From contig JBBQYG010000009.1 in assembly GCA_038208905.1 (NCBI GenBank), positions 1-45,915 on the forward strand: 45,915 bases of DNA, read 5' to 3'. The position numbers were made by a program, and so were the translations under genes. The notes beneath the pieces are model-generated. The model was not told where the DNA came from. It made no database searches and saw only the letters and a program-made list of their open reading frames with translations. Each line of letters begins with the position of its first letter. The first letter of the stretch is position 1. The DNA comes from Candidatus Sumerlaeia bacterium. Its GTDB lineage: Bacteria; Sumerlaeota; Sumerlaeia; SLMS01. Of this stretch, positions 36,222 to 45,829 are shown one piece after another.

Positions 36222-38168
36222 CTAGGACTGCGGCAGCGCCGCGTTCACTGTCTGGTGCTCCGGCCTGACTTCGTCGCTTTCCACTTCCGGCTCCGGCGCC
36301 TTGCGGAGCAGTCCCTTGCCACCCGAAAGCACGCGCGCCAACTCGTCGAATTCCGCCTGCACGGGTGACTGCCCCCACCGCGGAACCAGCGCCATCCGCA
36401 TCGTGCCCGCGGCCTCGTCCCACAGGCCATAGAACGCCCGATAGCGCACCAGGAACGTCATCAGCGCGCCAATCAGAACGATCAGCACCCCCAGCTTCAC
36501 GAAGCCCACCGTCGGCTCGTTCACCACCGAGAGCACTGTCAAATAGCGCTGCGTCGGGCCCACGATGCGGACTTCGTAATTGCCTTCCTTGCCCAGCGGC
36601 GTGTCGCCATGATCGACCGTGGCCTCGTAGGAGAAGGGGCGGCTCTCCTCGCGCATTGCCAGCGGCTCCATCACTTCAATATCCGTGGTCTTGTCCGTCA
36701 GCCCGATATCGTAAACGGCGGAGGCGGGATTGCTCCAGTCGCGCTTCAGCGAGCCGTCGCCGCGGGGCACACGGATATCGCGCAGCGCCAGCCTGTAGCG
36801 TGGATGCGCCTCCTTCATCATCGAAGCAAGTTGCGCGTCATAGAACAGCCACGTCTGGTCCACTTCCTTCCCGTCCAGCAGCATCGTCACGCGCAAGGCG
36901 GGGTTGTTCAGGTCTTCGCTGTTGTTGACCGGCTGGCCCGTTGATTCGGAGATGCGGAAGTCGGGAAAAAACTCCTCTGGCCTGAACGTGAACTTCAGCT
37001 GGCGCCCACCCGTCAGCAGGCCCTCCGCCGCGGCCACGCCAGGCTTGTCCAGCTCGTACAGACGCCAGCGATCCGCCGGCTGCACGCCGTCCACTTCAAG
37101 GAAGAGGTCCGCCTCGCCCACGCGGACGCGTGTTCCCGCGCTGGCGTCGGTCACGGCGATGCGCTCCCCCGTGCCGCGGTCGCGCACGTCGAAGTTCACG
37201 CGCTGCGTCTCGCCATCGGGCACGGCCTGATAGCCAGCCTGGTGGAACTGGAGCCTGCCGAAACGGGACGTCTCCACCGACATGCTGTGATTCATATCCA
37301 ACTGCGCCACCGTGATCTCCTGCGTCCGCGGATCGCGGACCTCCACCAAGCTGGAGAAGTACGCGGGCACGTTGCTATTGGGGTGCATCACCTCGTCGAA
37401 ATCCAGCACGCGGACCCACACGTCGATCAGCGTCTCCAAGCGGTTGCGGTCGGTGATCTGCTGCTCAAGGGCCAACGGCTGGCTGATCACGGCGAGCTGC
37501 TCGCCCTCCGCCGCGATGAAGCGCCCCTCCGTCACGATCTTGCCATTCCACAGCAGGATCGCCTTGGCCACCATCGCCCCGATCACCGTCAGCATCCCGA
37601 TATGCACGATCGTCGGCCCCATGCGGCTGACAAGGCCGCTATGGGCAAAGAACGCCTCGCCATCGCGCTGCACCCGCGTGAACCGCTTGCGCAGGGTGCG
37701 TTCCGCCTCGCCCACGCCGCCGGGCACCGCCACCATCCCGCGGGGTGAGGAGCCGTGCTCATAGTAGGTGGTGCCGCGCCGAAACTCGCGCTTCCACCAG
37801 ATGCCGAGGCTCATTTTTGTCACATGCCACGTGCTCACGATCAGGTTGCTCGCAAACAGCAGTAGCAACGCGATGAACGCCGGATGCTCGAACACCATCG
37901 TCCGCGCCATCGGGATCGCATTGTCGCCCAGCGCCGCGTTGGAGGCGAAGCTCATCGTCCCCCAGATCGCCACCAGCCCAATGATCGCAAGGAGCGAGAT
38001 GCCGAACTTGAGCGACTTGAAAACCCGCCACCCACGCAGGATCGCCGAATCTACGGCGTCCAGCACCCGGACGGTCCAGCCCTTCGAGTCTGTACTTTTT
38101 TTCACAAAGTCCGACCGCATTTTAACTCCGGCACCGGGATTGACCTCCCCGGGCGCCGCAACACTCAT
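36222..38168 (-). CDS. resB: System II cytochrome c biogenesis protein ResB/CcsB
   Basis: [12 protein letters not shown]...LLF..NL, conserved IVHIG, large periplasmic domain (NHSM...FHQAGY), C-terminal TM; directly upstream of ccsA. Confidence 0.8.
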   Translation of the reverse strand: MSVAAPGEVNPGAGVKMRSDFVKKSTDSKGWTVRVLDAVDSAILRGWRVFKSLKFGISLLAIIGLVAIWGTMSFASNAALGDNAIPMARTMVFEHPAFIALLLLFASNLIVSTWHVTKMSLGIWWKREFRRGTTYYEHGSSPRGMVAVPGGVGEAERTLRKRFTRVQRDGEAFFAHSGLVSRMGPTIVHIGMLTVIGAMVAKAILLWNGKIVTEGRFIAAEGEQLAVISQPLALEQQITDRNRLETLIDVWVRVLDFDEVMHPNSNVPAYFSSLVEVRDPRTQEITVAQLDMNHSMSVETSRFGRLQFHQAGYQAVPDGETQRVNFDVRDRGTGERIAVTDASAGTRVRVGEADLFLEVDGVQPADRWRLYELDKPGVAAAEGLLTGGRQLKFTFRPEEFFPDFRISESTGQPVNNSEDLNNPALRVTMLLDGKEVDQTWLFYDAQLASMMKEAHPRYRLALRDIRVPRGDGSLKRDWSNPASAVYDIGLTDKTTDIEVMEPLAMREESRPFSYEATVDHGDTPLGKEGNYEVRIVGPTQRYLTVLSVVNEPTVGFVKLGVLIVLIGALMTFLVRYRAFYGLWDEAAGTMRMALVPRWGQSPVQAEFDELARVLSGGKGLLRKAPEPEVESDEVRPEHQTVNAALPQS

Positions 38169-38347
38169 TCCAATATCCCCCCCCGTCAAGAGAGACAGGC
38201 GGTACGATCAGGGAGTGGGGAATCGGGAAGGGGGAAAGTTCTTCTATTGGTTCTACAGGTCGCATCGGTCCCATTTGTTCTAGGGGGCCGATCAGGATGC
38301 CCCACGCGCCTGTTGCTCCCCGGCCCCATCTCCCCACCATGGCTTCC

Positions 38348-39385
38348 ATGAAAGCTGCCTACTATTCAGAGTTTTGCGGGCCGGTCTCCATCGAGACGGT
38401 CCCCGATCCCACGCCTCCGCCCGGTGGCGTGGTCCTTTCCGTGGGGGCCACGGGGCTGTGCCGGAGCGACTGGCACGGATGGATGGGTCACGACGCGGAT
38501 ATCCGCCTGCCGCACGTTCCCGGGCATGAACTGGCCGGCCGGATTGTCGCCGTTGGCAGGGACATCCGGCGCTGGAAGGTCGGCGACCGCGTCACGGTTC
38601 CCTTTGTCTCCGGGTGCGGGACGTGTCCCCAGTGCGCGGCGGGACACCAGCAGGTTTGCGACCATCAGTTCCAGCCCGGCTTCACCCATTGGGGTTCGTT
38701 CGCGGAGTTCGTCGCCCTCGACTATGCCGACGCCAACCTCGTGGCATTGCCGGAGGAAATCGACGACGTCACCGCCGCCAGCCTCGGCTGCCGATTCGTC
38801 ACGTCGTTTCGCGCCATCGTGGATCAGGCTCGCGTTCGCGGCGGGGAGTGGGTGGCGGTGCATGGCTGTGGCGGAGTGGGTCTTTCCGCCATCATGATCG
38901 CGGCGGCGCTTGGCGCGCAGCCCATCGCCATCGACATCGCCGACGACAAGCTGGCCTTCGCCAAGTCTCTCGGCGCGGTGGCCACGGTGAACGCCTCGAA
39001 CACCGATCCCGTGGAGGCGATCCGCGCGATCACCGGCGGGGGAGCGCACGCCTCCATCGACGCGCTTGGCAATCCCGCCGCCTGCATGAACTCGATCCTC
39101 GGCCTGCGCAAGCGCGGCCGCCACGTGCAGGTGGGCCTCCTCATTGCCGACCAGAGCCGCCCGCCGCTCCCCATGGACCGCGTCGTCTCCTGGGAACTCG
39201 AAATCTACGGCAGCCACGGCATGCAGTCCCACCGTTATCCCGCCCTGCTCGACATGATCCGCGCGGGAAAGCTCGCCCCCGACCGCCTCATCGGGCGGCG
39301 CATCTCCCTCGCCGACGTTCCCGCCGAACTGGTCGCGATGGATCAGTTCAAGGGAACGGGGATTACGGTGATTGAGGTGAGGTAG
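38348..39385 (+). CDS. Zinc-dependent alcohol dehydrogenase (MDR family)
   Basis: [18 protein letters not shown]...C, GCGGVG. Confidence 0.92.
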   Translation: MKAAYYSEFCGPVSIETVPDPTPPPGGVVLSVGATGLCRSDWHGWMGHDADIRLPHVPGHELAGRIVAVGRDIRRWKVGDRVTVPFVSGCGTCPQCAAGHQQVCDHQFQPGFTHWGSFAEFVALDYADANLVALPEEIDDVTAASLGCRFVTSFRAIVDQARVRGGEWVAVHGCGGVGLSAIMIAAALGAQPIAIDIADDKLAFAKSLGAVATVNASNTDPVEAIRAITGGGAHASIDALGNPAACMNSILGLRKRGRHVQVGLLIADQSRPPLPMDRVVSWELEIYGSHGMQSHRYPALLDMIRAGKLAPDRLIGRRISLADVPAELVAMDQFKGTGITVIEVR

Positions 39386-39403
39386 GCTCAGGCACGGGAG
39401 GTT

Positions 39404-39445
39404 GGCATCGGGTGGGATTCAGCCACCCTATGCCCCGCTTTTCCC
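39404..39445. terminator. Hairpin/REP-like element between convergent genes
   Basis: ggcat-c-gggtgg / ccaccc-t-atgcc stem followed by ccgcttttccc. Confidence 0.55.
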
Positions 39446-39451
39446 TGCCTC

Positions 39452-40792
39452 TCACTTGTTGGCTTCCATCGCGTCGAACAGCGACTGCGGATTGATGTCG
39501 AAAGCAAACACCGCGCGGTGCTCGCCGGCCCTGTCGAGGATGGCGACGTAGGGAACGCGTTGGGCCCCGAAGGCAGCGGCGAGCTGGGGACTCTTGGCGG
39601 CATCTTCGAAGACGCAGACATACCCCGCTGCGCGGCGCTTGAAGTCGTCGGTGAGGAGTACGCCCGTCTCGAACTCGCGACAGCGGGGCACACTGTCGTG
39701 GCGGAAATAGACGATCATCGGTTTCCCCGCGCGGCGCGCCTGCTCCAGAACCTCGGTATAGGAGGTATTCCACCTCACATCCGCAGCGTTTCCCACTCCG
39801 GTTGTGGGCGCCTTTGTCCCCGGCGCCGCCGCGGAGGCAACCGCCACCGCGCCAGTCGGATAGGGGCGCGTCATCACGTGAATGCGGCGGTACTTCACGT
39901 CGGATATATACAGCCGCGTCCCATCGAAGGACATCACCGTATCGGCCAGATGCGTGTCTGGCCGGGCAGAATTAATCGCGGTGCGGCGGATGTTTCCGGT
40001 GCCCTCGACTTCCAGCAATGTGCTCCCGGGAATCGGTGTGATCAGGAGGCACCGAAGGATCGGATCGATGCTGATCCCCTCACCCGATCGCAGCTCACCA
40101 TAGCTCTGGGAAATCTGGCGAAAGCGATATGCGCCCGGGTCCCACGGCGTCCCGCCGCCCCATGTCACGGCGCTCCCCTTGGCGACCCCAAAGATTCGCA
40201 GCGACTTTGGGTCCATCGCGATATCGCGGACATAGTGGAGTTCCGGCGGCTTGGCGACCAGGCCCAATTGGCGACCCGTGGCGGCGTCCAGAACGAGGAT
40301 CTCTCCCCAATCGACAGCCATTAGCAGGTGCCGACCCAATACCTCCAGCCCCAGACAGCGCCGCCCGGGCTTCATCTCGCCCGCAATTCCGAACGAGGTG
40401 TCGGGCGCGCCATTCTCGCGGAACTTGCGCAGGAAGCAACTGGCTGGCTCGCCCGTGTCGCCACTGACGTAGAAGTTACCCTCCGCGTCGCAGGCGATCC
40501 CGCCATAGCCTCGCTGGGGTGCGAAGGACGTGCGGCAGAGTTCCAGCACCTCCGGCGTCGGCGAGGCTGGGTTGCGGATCAGTAGCGCCGGCAGATCCTT
40601 CGCGGGCTGATCCGTGGGCCCATTGTTGAAGGTCGCCGCAAGCAGATCCCCCCGCGGCGTGGAGGCAAGGAAGCTGTAGTTGTTTTCCGGAATCGCCAGC
40701 GGCGCCCCCGTCGTCCACTGGGCATGGGCGACCGAGCCCAGCGCAATGGCAGCGACCAAAGTGACGACCGATAAGGCAGTGAGACGCATCAT
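39452..40792 (-). CDS. Secreted beta-propeller protein with C-terminal thioredoxin-like domain
   Basis: Signal ending AHA-Q; NHL/YVTN-like blades (GIACDAEGNFYVS, DIAMDP, GISIDP, SFDGTRLYISD); Trx-like W..SY.E.LEQARRAGKPMIVYF...C...VPY. Confidence 0.75.
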   Translation of the reverse strand: MMRLTALSVVTLVAAIALGSVAHAQWTTGAPLAIPENNYSFLASTPRGDLLAATFNNGPTDQPAKDLPALLIRNPASPTPEVLELCRTSFAPQRGYGGIACDAEGNFYVSGDTGEPASCFLRKFRENGAPDTSFGIAGEMKPGRRCLGLEVLGRHLLMAVDWGEILVLDAATGRQLGLVAKPPELHYVRDIAMDPKSLRIFGVAKGSAVTWGGGTPWDPGAYRFRQISQSYGELRSGEGISIDPILRCLLITPIPGSTLLEVEGTGNIRRTAINSARPDTHLADTVMSFDGTRLYISDVKYRRIHVMTRPYPTGAVAVASAAAPGTKAPTTGVGNAADVRWNTSYTEVLEQARRAGKPMIVYFRHDSVPRCREFETGVLLTDDFKRRAAGYVCVFEDAAKSPQLAAAFGAQRVPYVAILDRAGEHRAVFAFDINPQSLFDAMEANK

Positions 40793-40916
40793 GGAAACGA
40801 CCCCCTGTGGCTTCGCCATGTTCTCGCCACGGCACTGTCACACAAAGGACGCTAACTGTGCCCCAGGCCGCTGGTCAAGTAGCATGGGGAGCGGTTGGCA
40901 CCACACCCGTCACCGC

Positions 40917-41372
40917 CTATCGCGAGAGGAAGCCGTGAACCTTGCCCTTGGGCATCGCCTTGGTCCGGCTGAAAAACTCGGTTTCGGTAATCTGCATGGG
41001 CCAGTCGATGTTGATGTGCAGCCCTACGTCCGTGTCCAAGTCGGCGGGCGTATAGCCGATCGCTTCGAGCGCGAGAAGTTCTCCCAGGTCGCGCACCAAC
41101 GCCTTGTGCGGATTCTTGACCTTGGAGTAGGCGGGCAATAACCGCGGCCTAAGTTCCGAAAAGAGGATTGTCTCCTCGTCGAGGAGCAGGTTCAGCAGCA
41201 TCACCTTGCGGCCGGAAACCACGCGCTTGCGGGGTGACTGTAAGCGGCCAAACAGGTCCACCATCGTATTGCGAAAGAGCGCTTTCGCCACCTGCGTCCT
41301 GATCGCCTCGAAGAGTCGAAGGCACTGCGACTCCACGCCGCGAAGCCCGAATTCGATGAACGGAGTCAAGTC
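40917..41372 (-). pseudogene. Probable C-terminal remnant of a Fic-family protein
   Basis: Begins DLTPFIEFGLRG, like the helix that follows Fic cores, and ends with a wHTH-like LVRDLGELL. No HPFxDGNGR motif, and the upstream frame is closed by a stop at ~41466. Confidence 0.45.
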
Positions 41373-41595
41373 GGGACAAGGGCGTCCTGAACCCGCCCCA
41401 CATCGTATCGAATCCAGTTTTCCGGCGCTCTGTAGGGGACTGTCATTTCCCGGCTCGCTTCCAACTCATTTCCGATTTCATTTCCAATCCTGCTCGGTCA
41501 TAAAACCAATGCAATCAGGGAGTTGGGTATCGATCGGAGATCGAATTTCAAAAGTCAATTTCCACGTTCATTTCCATCCCGTTTCCCATCCCGTT

Positions 41596-42342
41596 TCAGT
41601 CGCCATTGCCCACAAACCGCCAGTGCCAAGGTTCCGAGATGTAACCCGTCAGGGCGACGTTCTCGTCGCGATAGGAGCGACGGAAGCCGAAGTGGCGGGC
41701 CGTGGCTTCTAGCCACATCCCCTGAGGGGTGCGGGCGAATTCAGCGGTGAAGGCGAACTTCTCCGCCGGGTCCGTCAGGTCCACCGTCGTGCCAAGCTGG
41801 TGCTCGCTATGGCCGGGGCGCGCGCTATAGCGCTGGCCGTTGCCGTCTCGCGCACAGGCCCGCTGGTACAGGTTCATCTGGTAGCTGCCGGACCGATACG
41901 CCGAGTTCAGCCGGATCGCCACGCCATCGGCCTGCGCGGCGGAGAGCATCGCCTCCAGCGCGGCGAGGGGTTCCTCGCGCAGCAGGTAGATGTGGCCACC
42001 CTGCTCGATGGCGCGGTGGATGGGGATCGGGGTCAGGTCGCCGGGCTCGTAGGTGATCGGCAGCCCCCACCAGCGATCCACGATCTCGGACCCGATGGGA
42101 AGATTCCCCTCGATCGCCACGTTGGCAGGATGGACGCGATGGAGCCCCGTCACCGAGACGAATCCCGCCTCGATCCCCAGCCATTCCTCGCCCGTGACCG
42201 GATGGATCGTCACGGGACCGGTTTCCACCAGATCGCCGGACGCGAGTTCCCCGATCTCTCCGGCGGAGGCATCCGGGCGGTCGCGCACTGCAAGGCTCTC
42301 TGCAAAGATGCGCCATGGCGCAGACGGCGGGGCGGCGATCAT
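41596..42342 (-). CDS. M15B (VanY-type) D-Ala-D-Ala carboxypeptidase with N-terminal SH3-like segment
   Basis: SAYRS..YQ, ARPGHSEHQLGTTVD (SxHxxGxxxD), EPWHWRFVG. Confidence 0.9.
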   Translation of the reverse strand: MIAAPPSAPWRIFAESLAVRDRPDASAGEIGELASGDLVETGPVTIHPVTGEEWLGIEAGFVSVTGLHRVHPANVAIEGNLPIGSEIVDRWWGLPITYEPGDLTPIPIHRAIEQGGHIYLLREEPLAALEAMLSAAQADGVAIRLNSAYRSGSYQMNLYQRACARDGNGQRYSARPGHSEHQLGTTVDLTDPAEKFAFTAEFARTPQGMWLEATARHFGFRRSYRDENVALTGYISEPWHWRFVGNGD

Positions 42343-42490
42343 GGGGGGACTCCTCTAGCGGGTTGGCAACGTGCCACAGGGAAGCACCGGCATGAGGACT
42401 GTCAATTCCCGCGCCACGCCACGCGCCTTTTCGATGGACACCCCTTGCGTGGGATCGTTCCGATACCCCTTCGACAAGGGGAATGCAACC

Positions 42491-42793
42491 ATGCCCGATG
42501 TGCCCGAGAAGCCGCCCGCGGCGAACGATTCGAGTTCGGACAACGCCCATGCCTATTGGCGCGCCAACGTCCGCCTGATTCTGGTACTGCTGACGATTTG
42601 GGCCGCGGTGTCGATCTTCGCGGGGATCATCTTCGTGGAGCAGCTAAACCGCGTCAGCATCGGGAATGTCCCCTTCGGCTTCTGGATGGGCCAGCAGGGT
42701 TCCATCGTCGTCTTCGTGCTTCTGATCTTCGCCTACATCAAGGGTGTTGATCGCATCGACCGGATCTATGGCATCGACGAGGACGAGAAATGA
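42491..42793 (+). CDS. DUF4212 small membrane subunit of solute symporter
   Basis: AYWRANVRLI..LL.IW..VS, PFGFWMGQQGSI..FV.LIF.Y; ATGA overlap with the symporter. Confidence 0.9.
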   Translation: MPDVPEKPPAANDSSSDNAHAYWRANVRLILVLLTIWAAVSIFAGIIFVEQLNRVSIGNVPFGFWMGQQGSIVVFVLLIFAYIKGVDRIDRIYGIDEDEK

Positions 42794-44475
42794 CCGTCGA
42801 AGTTTGGACCTACCTCTTCGTTACAATTACCTTCATGCTGTACTTGGGGATCGGTTGGTGGGCCCGCGTATCAGAGAGCTCGGGCTTCTTCGTCGCCGGG
42901 CGCGGAGTCCCCGCCGTCGCCAACGGCATGGCCACCGCCGCCGACTGGATGTCGGCGGCTTCGTTCATCGGAATGGCGGGAATGATTTCCTTCCTCGGGT
43001 CCGACGGGTCCATGTACCTGATGGGCTGGACCGGCGGCTATGTGCTGCTGGCCCTGCTGCTGGCGCCCTACCTGCGCAAGTTCGGCAAGTACACGGTGCC
43101 CGATTTCATCGGTGACCGCTACTACTCCACCACCGCGCGCATCGTCGCCGTGATCGCGGCGATCTTTGTCTCCATGACGTATGTGGCCGGCCAGATGCGC
43201 GGTGTGGGCATCGTGTTTAGCCGGTTCCTTGGAGTTACCGTGGAGATCGGCGTGATCGTCGGCATGGTGATCGTCGCCTTCTTCTCAGTCCTGGGCGGGA
43301 TGAAGGGCATCACCTGGACCCAGGTGGCCCAGTACATCATCCTGATCATCGCCTACCTGATTCCCTCCGTCGCCATTGCCTTTATGATCACGGGAATTCC
43401 CGTGCCCCAGTTTGCGATGGTCTTTGGCGATGTCGCGCCAAAGCTGAACGCCATCCACACCGACCTTGGGCTGGCGGCCTACACTGATCCCTTTACCACC
43501 AAGTCCCGGCTGGATGTGCTCTTTGTGACGCTGGCCCTGATGGCCGGCACCGCGGGGCTCCCCCACGTGATCGTGCGATTCTACACCGTCAAGAACGTCC
43601 GCGCCGCGCGCCAGTCTGGCTTCTGGGCGCTCCTGTTCATCGCCATCCTCTACACCACCGCCCCCGCGCTCGCGATGTGTACCCGCTACAACCTGATCCA
43701 GTCGCTCCACGGCAAGACGGTGGAGGAGGCCCAGAGCCTGGAGTGGGTCGCCAAGTGGGAGAAGACCAAGCTCCTCAAGCTGACCGACAAGGACGGCAAC
43801 GGCACGCTGGACCTTCGCGCCAACAAGGCCGAGAGCGACATCGAGATCGACAACGACATCATCGTGCTCGCCACGCCCGAGATCGCCAAACTGGCCCCGT
43901 GGGTCATCGCCCTCGTGGCGGCGGGCGCGCTCGCCGCCGCCCTCTCCACCGCGTCGGGATTGCTGCTGGTGCTCTCCAGCACCGTCGCCCACGACATCTA
44001 CTTCCGCCTGATCAATCCCCATGCAAGCGAGACACGCCGCGTCGGCGTGGGGCGCGTGATGGTGGTGGTCTCCGTGCTGGCCGCCGGCTACTTCGGCATC
44101 AACCCGCCCGGCTTCGTGGCCCAGGTGGTCGCCATGGCCTTCGGACTCGCCGCCGCCAGCTTTTTCCCCGCCATCCTGCTCGGAATCTTTGACAAGCGCA
44201 TGAACCGCGAGGGCGCCATCGCCGGCATCATCGTGGGGCTTGTGTTCACACTCATCTACATCATCGGCGTCAAATGGCTCGGTTGGACGACCTGGTTCTA
44301 CGGCGTCTCCGCGGAGGGCATCGGCACCGTGGGAATGTTCCTGAACTTCGCCGTCTCGCTCGTGGTTTCGCGCCTGACGCCGCCGCCGCCGCAGGAGATT
44401 CAGGACATGGTCGATTCCCTCCGCGACCCCCGCCACCCCGGCCCCGGCGTTATCCTGGACGAGGCGACGGAGTAG
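42790..44475 (+). CDS. Sodium:solute symporter (ActP/cation-acetate symporter-like)
   Basis: NGMATAADWMSAASF, YTVPDFIGDRY, GGMKGITWTQVAQY, GTAGLPHVIVRFYTV, AAALSTASGLLL. Confidence 0.93.
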   Translation: MTVEVWTYLFVTITFMLYLGIGWWARVSESSGFFVAGRGVPAVANGMATAADWMSAASFIGMAGMISFLGSDGSMYLMGWTGGYVLLALLLAPYLRKFGKYTVPDFIGDRYYSTTARIVAVIAAIFVSMTYVAGQMRGVGIVFSRFLGVTVEIGVIVGMVIVAFFSVLGGMKGITWTQVAQYIILIIAYLIPSVAIAFMITGIPVPQFAMVFGDVAPKLNAIHTDLGLAAYTDPFTTKSRLDVLFVTLALMAGTAGLPHVIVRFYTVKNVRAARQSGFWALLFIAILYTTAPALAMCTRYNLIQSLHGKTVEEAQSLEWVAKWEKTKLLKLTDKDGNGTLDLRANKAESDIEIDNDIIVLATPEIAKLAPWVIALVAAGALAAALSTASGLLLVLSSTVAHDIYFRLINPHASETRRVGVGRVMVVVSVLAAGYFGINPPGFVAQVVAMAFGLAAASFFPAILLGIFDKRMNREGAIAGIIVGLVFTLIYIIGVKWLGWTTWFYGVSAEGIGTVGMFLNFAVSLVVSRLTPPPPQEIQDMVDSLRDPRHPGPGVILDEATE

Positions 44476-44589
44476 GGCAGAAAAGCCCACCAGTAAAAAT
44501 TATCCATTGGTCGCTTGACTTTTTGTTGGGGGGGGGGACTCTCCGCCCAGACGAATACGTCGTAGGCCTCATCTAGGGAGTCAGTGAAC

Positions 44590-44889
44590 ATGAAGATAAT
44601 CGCAACGTGGACCCTCACCCTACTACTCACCGCAGGCGCATACTCGCAGCCCGTCGAACCCTCGGGCGACTCTCCCCAGAGAGAGGCCCGGTTCCGCGTC
44701 ATCTGGTCCGCCGCCGACGCGGTGCACCGTCAGGACCGGTATGCCGATTCCGGGCAGTTGTATAAGGACATTCTGGCGGAGTTTCCAACCTCCCAACGCG
44801 CTGCACTGCGCATCGCCGTTGCCCAGTCCAAGACCGACCAGCGCGCCGAAGCCCTAATGAAGGAGTGGTCAGATGTTTTTGCTTGCTAG
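44590..44889 (+). CDS. Short secreted protein with one TPR-like repeat (possibly truncated)
   Basis: Signal MKIIATWTLTLLLTAGAYS; A....RQDRYADSGQLYKDILAEFP.S..AALRIA resembles a TPR; GGAG upstream. Confidence 0.5.
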   Translation: MKIIATWTLTLLLTAGAYSQPVEPSGDSPQREARFRVIWSAADAVHRQDRYADSGQLYKDILAEFPTSQRAALRIAVAQSKTDQRAEALMKEWSDVFAC

Positions 44890-45829
44890 GATGGTATTCT
44901 CACTCTGTTTCATTTTGGTTCTCAATGTGCCAGTTTGGGCTGATGGAATTGGGCAGCTCCGTTTCCTTGCGGCGGGATACAACTCCGATTCGCGTGAGGA
45001 CCTTCTCAAAACATACCTCGCTCTCTATGGGGCTAGCCCTGAGACGAGTCGTCATGCGCTTTTGCCGGACACAGATGACGCGCTTGCGTTTGCCGACGAT
45101 ATTGCGACTACTGGAACTATAGTCGGCGATTTGGGGGTGGCTCTTTATATAATGAGGAGAAAGCATCCAGAGGCTCAACTCGCTCTCCGGACACCGACGG
45201 TCAGGCATGAGATCGCCCTCATTCAGTCTGTCGCGAGCAATTGCGAGTGGATCAACGGATTGGAACAGTTTCCGGCATGGTCGGCATCCGAGGATCTCGT
45301 CGCCCTCCTCTTGGCTGCGGCGGAGGGTCAGGTCGCGAGGCAAGATGTAATCGTCGAAATAGAGTCGTGGCTCGCAGTAAACCAACTTACACATCGCGAC
45401 CAGGCAATCGTATTGAATCTACTTGCATTCGGCAATGCCCCTGCAGAGAGCTACCACTCTATTGCGTCCATCGAGGGCAGGTTGCCAATGAGCCACTTCA
45501 TAAGCCTTTCCGGGCATTACATGGACAGTTCTGGACTGTACTTCTATCTGGACGATAGACTAGAAACTCTCCGGCAGTTAGGATATACAATGGAAGACAC
45601 ACAACGCCAGGACATTGCTTCGGCGGCCACAGTCATCTATCGGTCCCGCAATAATTACACGATACAGCGCTTTTGCGAGCGCCTCGTTGTGGAGGGCTTC
45701 GGTTCCTTTCATAACTATGAGGACGTTGTGGTTCAGGTCCTCCGTGAAGGGGACGCGTCAGCAAGGAAGGCGTTAGAGACGAGAGTGAAAAGAATTAGAG
45801 CCGCCTATGAGCCAGAGCTTAGAAAGTAG
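44873..45829 (+). CDS. Hypothetical exported protein, lower GC than the host genes
   Basis: 318-aa ORF, AAGGAG SD at 44860-44865, signal peptide ending VWA-D, many A/T-ending codons. Confidence 0.6.
   Translation: MFLLARMVFSLCFILVLNVPVWADGIGQLRFLAAGYNSDSREDLLKTYLALYGASPETSRHALLPDTDDALAFADDIATTGTIVGDLGVALYIMRRKHPEAQLALRTPTVRHEIALIQSVASNCEWINGLEQFPAWSASEDLVALLLAAAEGQVARQDVIVEIESWLAVNQLTHRDQAIVLNLLAFGNAPAESYHSIASIEGRLPMSHFISLSGHYMDSSGLYFYLDDRLETLRQLGYTMEDTQRQDIASAATVIYRSRNNYTIQRFCERLVVEGFGSFHNYEDVVVQVLREGDASARKALETRVKRIRAAYEPELRK

Noticed and set aside
41596-42342. Vancomycin-resistance cluster
   Set aside because: Only a lone M15B peptidase; no vanHAX or vanRS nearby.
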